Shown here piece after piece: positions 43,503 to 51,180 of a stretch of DNA of 64,000 nt. The notes under the pieces are model-generated. The model worked only from the letters and a program-made list of their open reading frames with translations. It had not been told where the DNA came from and made no database searches. The number at the start of each line of letters is the position of its first letter. Within the stretch, counting starts at the first letter, position 1. A program made the position numbers and the translations under genes. Origin of the DNA: Alphaproteobacteria bacterium (lineage in GTDB: Bacteria; Pseudomonadota; Alphaproteobacteria; RF32; CAG-239); contig JAZLEQ010000010.1 in the NCBI GenBank assembly GCA_045615365.1, positions 1,672-65,671 on the forward strand, in the 5' to 3' direction.

Positions 43503-43953
43503 TAGTCTTGCCTTTTAATGTGTTTTTATTATTTAACCCAAAGAAATCGTAACCAGAAACTTTTATACCACATATATTTTTAGCAATTGCCGATAGCGTT
43601 TTATAGTGATGATTTTCATATACAAAATCATTTACACCAATAACCGCGATCTTATATTTTCTTCCCTTAAATATTTTAGTTATCTCCGTACCTGGTTGTA
43701 AAATATACTTATTTTTATATGCGCGAAACATGCATTCATCTGGATTTCTTGAATATTTTTCAAGTTTTGTTATATGTTTGCGCTCTATCCTTAAATTGAA
43801 ATTTTCACAGGCAATATAATACCATAGAGCTCGCAATTGCCTTTGATAATTCCCTAAACAATATCTTTTCCATAATTCAGATTGTTTTTTATGGTTTAGA
43901 TTTTTTAACTCTGTTAAGTTTTTGGGTAGATATATTTTCTTTTTCATTTTCAT
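43495..43953 (-). CDS. DUF2924-family protein (serine-recombinase partner)
   Basis: 152 aa. The C-terminal YKTLSAIAKNICGIKVSGYDFFGL matches my recollection of the DUF2924 signature. Overlaps the recombinase start by 8 nt, the usual pairing. Confidence 0.7.
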   Translation of the reverse strand: MKMKKKIYLPKNLTELKNLNHKKQSELWKRYCLGNYQRQLRALWYYIACENFNLRIERKHITKLEKYSRNPDECMFRAYKNKYILQPGTEITKIFKGRKYKIAVIGVNDFVYENHHYKTLSAIAKNICGIKVSGYDFFGLNNKNTLKGKTNG

Positions 43954-44140
43954 TTAAGATATCCCTTATTTTGCTTAGTTTTTCACGGGCTATTTTATTC
44001 TTATTTCTTGCTGACAGTAATGCTTGCAAAAAGATGTAAGTCAACTCAAATAGTGCTGAATCTGAAATTTTTGGTCGTCCATTAGGATTTCCAGATACCC
44101 CTTTTTTAAATTGGGATAATATGGGTGGTTTTTTATACAT
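43889..44140 (-). CDS. DUF5681-like small protein (possibly a truncated paralogue of 47013..47390)
   Basis: 83 aa. The N-terminal YKKPPILSQFKKGVSGNPNGRPK is nearly identical in pattern to GYKKPPKETQFKKGVSGNPRGRPKG of the second copy. Its 3' end overlaps the DUF2924 ORF by 65 nt, so it may be decayed. Confidence 0.45.
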   Translation of the reverse strand: MYKKPPILSQFKKGVSGNPNGRPKISDSALFELTYIFLQALLSARNKNKIAREKLSKIRDILNENEKENISTQKLNRVKKSKP

Positions 44141-44212
44141 TTTGAGCCTCCATAGTTTACTATGAAGGCTCTTAAAATAACGGAAGTCAAATCTTATATA
44201 TAATAATATATT

Positions 44213-44401
44213 TTATTTGCTTCCCATGTCATCTTTTAAACTGTCAAAAATGGAACTTATGTTAAAAACACCTATAAACCAAACAAAAACTGATAATATT
44301 TCGCATATAAACTTATCCATAAAACCTATTTTATTGTTTGCTGTATTGTCTTTATCTATACTTATTGTTGTATAATTTGGTGATGTTTCGCTCTTCCCCA
44401 T
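44213..44401 (-). CDS. small single-TM peptide (hypothetical)
   Basis: 62-aa ORF (35 aa from internal MDKF) with one hydrophobic helix, ILSVFVWFIGVFNISSIF. Overlaps the GIY-YIG gene end. Confidence 0.3.
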   Translation of the reverse strand: MGKSETSPNYTTISIDKDNTANNKIGFMDKFICEILSVFVWFIGVFNISSIFDSLKDDMGSK

Positions 44402-45117
44402 ACAAATTGAGTGGGGCTCATATTACCACGCTTCTTAAAATGATTCTTTTTATTTATATATTGAGGATATTCTGAAGATACATCTATACCATCAAACATC
44501 CAACGAGTGCGCTCCGTATGATTTTTATCTTCATACCATTTAATTGGTTTATAAACTTTTCTAAAAATTCCTTTGTATTCACTAATCACTAAATCAATTT
44601 CAGGTAATCTTTTTTCACTAATAATCCAACTTCTTCGTGTACTTTCATAAACATTATTAAGTAAATTATAAGTTTTATTTATATTAACTATAAGGACATT
44701 GTCATTAATATCTTCTTTGTTTATTTTCTCAACACAAAAATAAGCTTCAATTTCTTCAACAGATTTCATTCCATTATCAAGACAATGATGTCCTCCCATA
44801 ATATTTAAAAGTTGGCGTGTATTCCATATATTTGCAGAAAGAATATCTATTAATGCAGCTTCAAGATGAAAAGACTCTTCTTCTGTTAATCCATAGCGAA
44901 TAATATATTTTTTTATATTTAAGCCTAGTTTTTGAATTTCTTTTATTCTTAGATTTTTAGGATTATTACCCTCTTCTTGTTGATGCGCAAATACACGGCT
45001 ACCACAACCTTTGCCAATATAAAAAATCTCATTATTTCTAGGATCAATTAAACAGTAAACATAATATCCGATATTTTCTTTTGTTATTTGGCTAAATTCT
45101 TCAAGATCTTCACTCAT
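44362..45117 (-). CDS. GIY-YIG nuclease-domain protein with uncharacterised C-terminal domain
   Basis: 251 aa. YYVYCLIDPRNNEIFYIGKGCGSRVFAH gives GIY-(10)-YIG plus the catalytic Arg, and a downstream EAALID supplies the Glu. Confidence 0.7.
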   Translation of the reverse strand: MSEDLEEFSQITKENIGYYVYCLIDPRNNEIFYIGKGCGSRVFAHQQEEGNNPKNLRIKEIQKLGLNIKKYIIRYGLTEEESFHLEAALIDILSANIWNTRQLLNIMGGHHCLDNGMKSVEEIEAYFCVEKINKEDINDNVLIVNINKTYNLLNNVYESTRRSWIISEKRLPEIDLVISEYKGIFRKVYKPIKWYEDKNHTERTRWMFDGIDVSSEYPQYINKKNHFKKRGNMSPTQFVWGRAKHHQIIQQ

Positions 45118-45134
45118 TGCATAGTCTCCATATA

Positions 45135-45160
45135 TATTTATTGTATTGATTCAATAAATA
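45135..45160. promoter_or_regulatory. 9-bp inverted repeat (operator candidate) in the divergent GIY-YIG / XRE promoter region
   Basis: TATTTATTG-N8-CAATAAATA, read directly from the sequence. Confidence 0.45.
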
Positions 45161-45235
45161 TATATCGTACGCGTTCTATAGAGTCAAATTATTTAGCATT
45201 GTATTCTCTCTATAAAATCTTAATGGAGCAATACA

Positions 45236-45571
45236 ATGATTGGAGAATTGGAATTTAGAAAAATTATCGGCGATTCTATTCGAAGATTTAGAACAGATAA
45301 AAAGTACTCTACCGAAAAATTAGCCGAACTTAGTGATACTGATTATTCATCAATTAATCAGATCGAAAATGGTAAGCAAAATCCTAAGTCATATACTTTA
45401 TATAAAATTTTACATTGCTTGGATATCAACATTCTTGATGAACTCTTTGTTAAATCATCAAAACGTGCGGATATGGAAGAGTTGATTAGTAGAAGAATAA
45501 AAATGATGTCGGAAGAAGAGCTTCAAGCCCTTCAAATATTCATTGAAAATTTTAAAATGTATAAAAAATAG
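45236..45571 (+). CDS. XRE-family helix-turn-helix regulator
   Basis: 111 aa, with STEKLAELSDTDYSSINQIENGKQNP as the HTH core. Divergent from the integrase operon. Confidence 0.8.
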   Translation: MIGELEFRKIIGDSIRRFRTDKKYSTEKLAELSDTDYSSINQIENGKQNPKSYTLYKILHCLDINILDELFVKSSKRADMEELISRRIKMMSEEELQALQIFIENFKMYKK

Positions 45572-45691
45572 AAATGTCAAGGGCTGAGTGTAAAAATATT
45601 TTTTAACTTTAGGGTTTACTTTGTCATATCAGATTCTAGACTATATGTAGCGATTGTTTTTGTTAGATTCGCAATATATAGGAGAAATAAC

Positions 45692-47023
45692 ATGTCAGAA
45701 TCTTTGATAAAAGCTCCATTAAACGTTGAAAATATAAATATTAAGCTGTTAAAACCCTACGGCAATAACGCCAAAGCACACCCCGAATTTCAAATACAGC
45801 AAATTGCATCATCAATTAGAGAGTTTGGTTTCAATAATCCCATATTAATTGATGAAAATAATGAAATTATTGCCGGTCATGGAAGATTAGAAGCCGCTAA
45901 ATTAGTCAATCTAAAAAATGTTCCATCGATTCGTTTATCTCATCTATCAAATGCACAAAAACGGGCATATAGGCTTGCTGATAATAAAATATCTGAAAAT
46001 GGTGGTTGGAATGAAGAATTATTAAGATTAGAGTTATCAGAATTGGAATTAATCTGTAATGATTTTAACTTAGATATCACGGGATTTTCAGATGTTGAAA
46101 TAGATGTATTATTAGATAATACAGAAAACAAAGTAGATGCTAAAACCAATTATATACCTTATATTCTTGAAAACGAAATTATCACAAAACAAGGATATGT
46201 ATGGAAACTTGATAAACATCGAATAATTTGTGGTAATAGTCTTGAAGAAAACACGTTCACGCAGTTATTTTTAGATAAAAAAGCTAATATGGTTCTGCAA
46301 GATCCTCCATACAATGTCAAAATATCAGGACATGTTTGTGGTTCTGGAGCTGTACAACATAAAGAATTTGCTTTTGCATCAGGAGAGATGAAGTCTCACG
46401 AATTTACAGACTTTCTGATGACTAATTTTAAATTATGTTGCCAATTTTCACTACCTGGTTCGTTGCATTATAATTTTATGGATTGGCGTCATATCTCTGA
46501 AATTATGCAAGCAGGAAATCAAACATTTTCTAATTTTGTAAATATGTGTGTATGGGTAAAATCGTCAGGTGGAATGGGAAGTTTGTATAGAAGCCAACAT
46601 GAATTATGTTTTATTTTCAAAAATGATACAGATAAACATATAAATAATGTAGAATTAGGAAAAAATGGTCGCTACCGCACAAATGTTTGGCAATATGCTG
46701 GCGTTAATTCTTTTGGACACCATAAAAATGATATAAAATTACATCCAACAGTTAAACCTGTAGAAATGTTTAAAGACGCAATTTTAGATGTATCAAACCG
46801 CGGGGATATAATTTTAGATTGTTTTTTAGGTTCTGGCAGCACTCTCATTGCAGCACAGCAAGCCAAAAGAATTTGTTATGGCATTGAATATGAGCCTCTT
46901 TATGTTGATACAACAATTCGTAGATATTCTGAAATTTTTGATGAGGATGCTGTTCTTGAAAGCACAGGACAAACCTATTCTGAACTTTTGAAAGAGAAAA
47001 GAGAGGCTCTTAATGTCCAATAA
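45692..47023 (+). CDS. ParB/Srx-like nuclease domain fused to beta-class N6A/N4C DNA methyltransferase
   Basis: 443 aa. N-terminal LKPYGNNAKAHPEFQIQQIASSIREFGFNNPILID...GHGRLEAA. The MTase has motif IV VLQDPPYNV ahead of motif I DCFLGSGSTLIAA (beta permutation). No cognate endonuclease is adjacent. Confidence 0.85.
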   Translation: MSESLIKAPLNVENINIKLLKPYGNNAKAHPEFQIQQIASSIREFGFNNPILIDENNEIIAGHGRLEAAKLVNLKNVPSIRLSHLSNAQKRAYRLADNKISENGGWNEELLRLELSELELICNDFNLDITGFSDVEIDVLLDNTENKVDAKTNYIPYILENEIITKQGYVWKLDKHRIICGNSLEENTFTQLFLDKKANMVLQDPPYNVKISGHVCGSGAVQHKEFAFASGEMKSHEFTDFLMTNFKLCCQFSLPGSLHYNFMDWRHISEIMQAGNQTFSNFVNMCVWVKSSGGMGSLYRSQHELCFIFKNDTDKHINNVELGKNGRYRTNVWQYAGVNSFGHHKNDIKLHPTVKPVEMFKDAILDVSNRGDIILDCFLGSGSTLIAAQQAKRICYGIEYEPLYVDTTIRRYSEIFDEDAVLESTGQTYSELLKEKREALNVQ

Positions 47024-47390
47024 CAATTACGAAATAGGTTATAAAAAACCACCTAAAGAAACACAATTTAAAAAAGGTGTTTCGGGCAATCCTAGAGGAA
47101 GGCCTAAAGGTTCTAAAAATACTATTGCAATTTTAAATGACGCATTAGAACAAAAAATATCTGTGGCGCAAAATGGAAAGGTTACTAAAATTAATAAAAA
47201 AACAGCAATTTTGATGCAAATGGTTAATAAAGCAACTCAAGGAGATTTAAAATCCATACAGACTATCCTCCCTTATATGATTATGATTGATAATAAAAAC
47301 GATGAAGCCTCTAATAATAATGATAACATATCTCAAACAGATAAAGATATTATAGAACTTTTTTTGAGAGATAATTCAGATGATAAGTAA
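47013..47390 (+). CDS. DUF5681 / small-terminase-like protein
   Basis: 125 aa. The GYKKPPKETQFKKGVSGNPRGRPKGSKN motif is typical of proteins encoded just upstream of terminase large subunits. Overlaps both neighbouring genes. Confidence 0.6.
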   Translation: MSNNNYEIGYKKPPKETQFKKGVSGNPRGRPKGSKNTIAILNDALEQKISVAQNGKVTKINKKTAILMQMVNKATQGDLKSIQTILPYMIMIDNKNDEASNNNDNISQTDKDIIELFLRDNSDDK

Positions 47391-48831
47391 GCAACTACTT
47401 TATGCTATTTTACGTCAAGATTTTAAATCCTTTGTAATTAAGGTATTTAAGGAAGTTTCACCAAATGATAATTATATGGATAATTGGCACATTGATGTTG
47501 TTTGTCAGTCAATCATGGATATGGTGCATAATAAAAATACCAGATTAATTATAAATATTCCTCCTCGGTATATGAAGTCAATCATCTGTTCTGTTGCATT
47601 ACCTGCATATTTGTTAGGATTAAATCCTAAAATAAATATTATATGTGTGAGTTATTCTGATGATTTGGCTAGTAAATTTGCAAACGATTGCAGGAACATT
47701 TTGCAAACCTCATGGTATAAAGAAATATTTCCTCATACAATATTAAGCCCATCACGAAAAGCTGTAAATGATTTTGAAACCACCGCTGGTGGTGGAAGAA
47801 TGGCTACATCTATTGGAGGAACCTTAACAGGGAGAGGTGCAGACTGGATAATTATTGACGACCCTCTCAAACCGACAGAAGCGATGTCTGATACTCAACG
47901 AGAAAAAGTCAATGATTGGTATGGTTCCACTTTATATTCTCGCTTAAATGATAAATCTCATGGCAAAATTTTACTTATAATGCAACGTCTACATCAAAAT
48001 GATCTTACAGGATTTTTACTGACATCAAAAACACCTTTTAAGCACATTAAACTTCCAATTATTGCAGAAGAAGATGAACAATGGATAATAAATAATCATA
48101 ATTCAGAAAACCAAAGAATTATCTTCAGAGCCAAAGGTGAACTTTTACACCCTCACCGAGAAAATATAGATGTAATATCAGATTTACGCAAAAATCTAGG
48201 AGAATATGGTTTTGCAGGGCAATACCAACAACGCCCAACACCTATTGAGGGTGGCCTCATAAAAGAGAAATGGTTACATTTTTATAATATAAAACCCAAT
48301 AAGTTTAAAAATATTATTTTATCTTGGGACACTGCTGAAAAAGTTGGCGAAAAAAATGCTTTTTCTGCATGTATTACGATGGGAATAGATGAAAATAAAA
48401 AAATTTATATACTTGATTGTTACCGAGAACGACTAGAATTTCCTTCTTTAATCAGAAAAATAGAACAAAAACATTATGAAGCAATGCAGAATTATACAAA
48501 TGCAAAAATAGAAACATTAATTGAAGATGCATCTTCAGGTGTACAAGCTATTCAACAGCTTAAAACTAAAAATAGAGAATTTAAAATTATTCCTATAAAA
48601 CCAGTTGTAGATAAAATTAGTCGGCTTGAGGGAGTATCGCCGTATATAGAAGATGGAAGTTGTTTATTTCCTGCATTGGTTAGCAGTTGGTGGAAAGATT
48701 TTAAGGATGAATTATTAATGTTTCCAAATTCTGTATTTAAGGATCAATGCGATGCCTTAAGTCAAGGGATTGATTATTGTGCTACAAATTTGATCGCTAA
48801 AACTAAATTTTATTGGAGTCGCATAGTCTGA
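47380..48831 (+). CDS. phage terminase large subunit (TerL)
   Basis: 483 aa. Deviant Walker A NIPPRYMKS, Walker B ADWIIIDDP, coupling motif IMQRLHQNDLTG, and a C-terminal RNaseH-like nuclease (ILSWDTAEK, LIEDASSG, KDQCDAL). Confidence 0.8.
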   Translation: MISKQLLYAILRQDFKSFVIKVFKEVSPNDNYMDNWHIDVVCQSIMDMVHNKNTRLIINIPPRYMKSIICSVALPAYLLGLNPKINIICVSYSDDLASKFANDCRNILQTSWYKEIFPHTILSPSRKAVNDFETTAGGGRMATSIGGTLTGRGADWIIIDDPLKPTEAMSDTQREKVNDWYGSTLYSRLNDKSHGKILLIMQRLHQNDLTGFLLTSKTPFKHIKLPIIAEEDEQWIINNHNSENQRIIFRAKGELLHPHRENIDVISDLRKNLGEYGFAGQYQQRPTPIEGGLIKEKWLHFYNIKPNKFKNIILSWDTAEKVGEKNAFSACITMGIDENKKIYILDCYRERLEFPSLIRKIEQKHYEAMQNYTNAKIETLIEDASSGVQAIQQLKTKNREFKIIPIKPVVDKISRLEGVSPYIEDGSCLFPALVSSWWKDFKDELLMFPNSVFKDQCDALSQGIDYCATNLIAKTKFYWSRIV

Positions 48832-48920
48832 GAATAAGTTAAAATAAAGCATTTTTACCTTGAAAAATAATACCTTACTCATTAAAATGATTACTAATTA
48901 AACATAGGAGCTACTGTAAT

Positions 48921-49976
48921 ATGGATGATTTTGAAGAGTACAAAAAACAAAATGAACCAGAAAAATATAAAAAAGCGGAAAACTGGAGCATTGCAATCGG
49001 TTTGCAACAAGTTGACGGTTTAACTCCTTCAAAATATCTTATAGAAGTAGCTAAAAACAATATTGAAGGAAAAATCTCTATTGACGAAGCAAATGAAGAG
49101 ATTGCCCGTTACTATAAACAAAATCCAGCAAAAACACTTAAAGAACATAATGAAAAAGAAGCAGATGAAGTTTCAGCTCGTATCACAAAACTTTTAAGCA
49201 CACATACTTTTTCATTTAGTCCTGCTGAACTTATTTCCATTCATAAAGTTCTATTTACAGGAATATTAGATAATGAAATTGCAGGTAAAATCCGTACATA
49301 CGATATAACAAAAGAAGAACCTATTTTGAATGGAGATACTGTTATTTATGGTCGCTCTGATAGTTTACGTGAAACTCTAGATTATGATTTCGCACAAGAA
49401 AAAAAATTCATTTATAAAGGGTTATCTATAAAAGAAAAAGTTGAGCATTTAGCAAAGTTTGTATCTGGTATATGGCAAATTCATCCTTTTGGAGAAGGCA
49501 ATACGAGAACAACAGCTGTCTTTGTTATTAAATATCTTCATACACTGGGTTTTGATACTAATAATGATTTGTTTGAAAAACATGCTAAATATTTTCGTAA
49601 TGCTCTAGTTAGAGCAAATTACCAAAACTTAAAAAAAGATATTCCCTATACAATGGAATTTTTAAATAAATTTTTTGGAAATCTACTATTAGGCGAAAAT
49701 AATGTATTAGACAATCGTGAAATGCAAATAAAAGATGCAAGTAAAAAAGAAGAAAAAAGTTCACAGAAAAGTTCACAGAAAAGTTCACAGAAAAGTTCAC
49801 AGAAAATTATTGATCTTATTCGTCAAGATCCCAATATTACCACAAATAAAATGGCTGAAACTCTTGGCGTGTCTAGAAGAGCGATAGCAAAACAAATTGC
49901 AATACTAAAGGAATTAGGTAACATTCGTCGTATCGGTCCAGACAAAGGCGGTTATTGGGATGTAGTTAAAGGATAA
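48921..49976 (+). CDS. Fic/DOC-family protein with N-terminal VbhA-like segment, SSQK repeat linker and C-terminal winged HTH
   Basis: 351 aa. The Fic loop HPFGEGNTRTTA deviates from HxFx(D/E)GNGRxxR at G->T and the final R->A. N-terminal LQQVDGLTPS...GKISIDEA resembles the antitoxin-like inhibitory module with Asp in place of Glu. C-terminal MAETLGVSRRAIAKQIAILKELGNIRRIG. Confidence 0.8.
   Translation: MDDFEEYKKQNEPEKYKKAENWSIAIGLQQVDGLTPSKYLIEVAKNNIEGKISIDEANEEIARYYKQNPAKTLKEHNEKEADEVSARITKLLSTHTFSFSPAELISIHKVLFTGILDNEIAGKIRTYDITKEEPILNGDTVIYGRSDSLRETLDYDFAQEKKFIYKGLSIKEKVEHLAKFVSGIWQIHPFGEGNTRTTAVFVIKYLHTLGFDTNNDLFEKHAKYFRNALVRANYQNLKKDIPYTMEFLNKFFGNLLLGENNVLDNREMQIKDASKKEEKSSQKSSQKSSQKSSQKIIDLIRQDPNITTNKMAETLGVSRRAIAKQIAILKELGNIRRIGPDKGGYWDVVKG
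49758..49805 (+). repeat. perfect 12-bp tandem repeat x4 (AGTTCACAGAAA) inside the Fic gene
   Basis: Read directly from the sequence. Encodes (SSQK)4 between the Fic core and the wHTH. Confidence 0.95.
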
Positions 49977-49980
49977 TAAA

Positions 49981-50346
49981 ATGCAAATAACATTCGATCA
50001 TGTAAATCAAGCTTTAAGTGTTGCGAAATCTAGTTATGATATTTCTCAAGATATCTGTCTTTACCAAGAAAATTGTAAAGCCTTAAATAGTATGGATTTA
50101 GCATATATTTGTAAACAATTACAGCAAAGTATAAATGCTCATGGTCAGTCCATAAAAGAACTTTCTCTAGTTACAAACATTACAGTTATGTATTATCAGG
50201 AATTGCCATTCCATATTGCTTATGGTTCTTTGAGTTATATTACACAAAATATTCCTATGTATGTGGCCTATGAACAATTAAAAGGTAAAGCTTTTGAAAC
50301 TTTACTAACAACTGTTATTAAACAAATCAGTACAAACAAATTATAA
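49981..50346 (+). CDS. hypothetical protein
   Basis: 121 aa. Starts 4 nt after the Fic stop. No motif recognised. Confidence 0.5.
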   Translation: MQITFDHVNQALSVAKSSYDISQDICLYQENCKALNSMDLAYICKQLQQSINAHGQSIKELSLVTNITVMYYQELPFHIAYGSLSYITQNIPMYVAYEQLKGKAFETLLTTVIKQISTNKL

Positions 50347-50348
50347 TT

Positions 50349-51149
50349 TCAAATATGCAAATTTTCTAATTTGATACATTTTTGTTCTTGAGCATCATAT
50401 AAAAATATATCTTTAAATTTAGAAATAAATTTTTGCTTATAAAGTTTATTTGTAAAATGACAATAATTACCTTTTGATACATCTGGTTTGTAAATTAATA
50501 AGAAACATTCGTTACAATTTTTGATGTATATTTCATACTGTTTGTTCTTTTTATCAATTTCTGCTTGAAGTTCGTCGAATGGATCCTCCCGACTAAAACA
50601 ACTATTATTTACACTGCATTCATATTTTCCATACATATCACAAAATGAGCTTATCGAAATATTCAAATACTCATTTTGAACGCTAATGCTAGATTTAACA
50701 AGACCAGGCCATTTTTTTAATTCATTCAACCTTGCATCTATAATTTTCTCTAACTTCGATTTAACTTCTTTTTTATTAAAAATATCAATAAACCCTGGAT
50801 TATAGCATGCATCTTCTATATCTTTATACGTTCTTGCTTGCCATATTCTTCTATCCCATTTATCTATTACAATAGAAATATCTAAATTATGTTTATTTTT
50901 AGCATAACAACAAACTTGGTTTCCTATTGTCATTAAATGCTGCAAAGCATTTCGATGTTTGCTTTTTGTCATATATTGGGTGACTTCTAAACCAATTCTT
51001 TGATTTTCATGATCAAAAAAAATAAAATCTGGACTTTCAAATTCTACATAATTTTTTAGATTATAATCATTGATCCACTTCTTTCCCTCTGAAGAGGATA
51101 AAAAACTATTTAAATATTCTTTTTCCTGAAGTTTCTTATTTTGTACCAT
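50349..51149 (-). CDS. hypothetical protein with PD-(D/E)xK-like N-terminus, co-oriented downstream of hamB
   Basis: 266 aa. ESPDFIFFDHENQRIGLEVTQ resembles E..PD..(n)..ExK but lacks the Lys. The remainder is Cys-rich and unrecognised. AAGG Shine-Dalgarno, 31-nt gap after the hamB stop. Confidence 0.55.
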   Translation of the reverse strand: MVQNKKLQEKEYLNSFLSSSEGKKWINDYNLKNYVEFESPDFIFFDHENQRIGLEVTQYMTKSKHRNALQHLMTIGNQVCCYAKNKHNLDISIVIDKWDRRIWQARTYKDIEDACYNPGFIDIFNKKEVKSKLEKIIDARLNELKKWPGLVKSSISVQNEYLNISISSFCDMYGKYECSVNNSCFSREDPFDELQAEIDKKNKQYEIYIKNCNECFLLIYKPDVSKGNYCHFTNKLYKQKFISKFKDIFLYDAQEQKCIKLENLHI

Positions 51150-51180
51150 TCAAAGCCTTAATTTTTGTAAAGTTTAAAAG

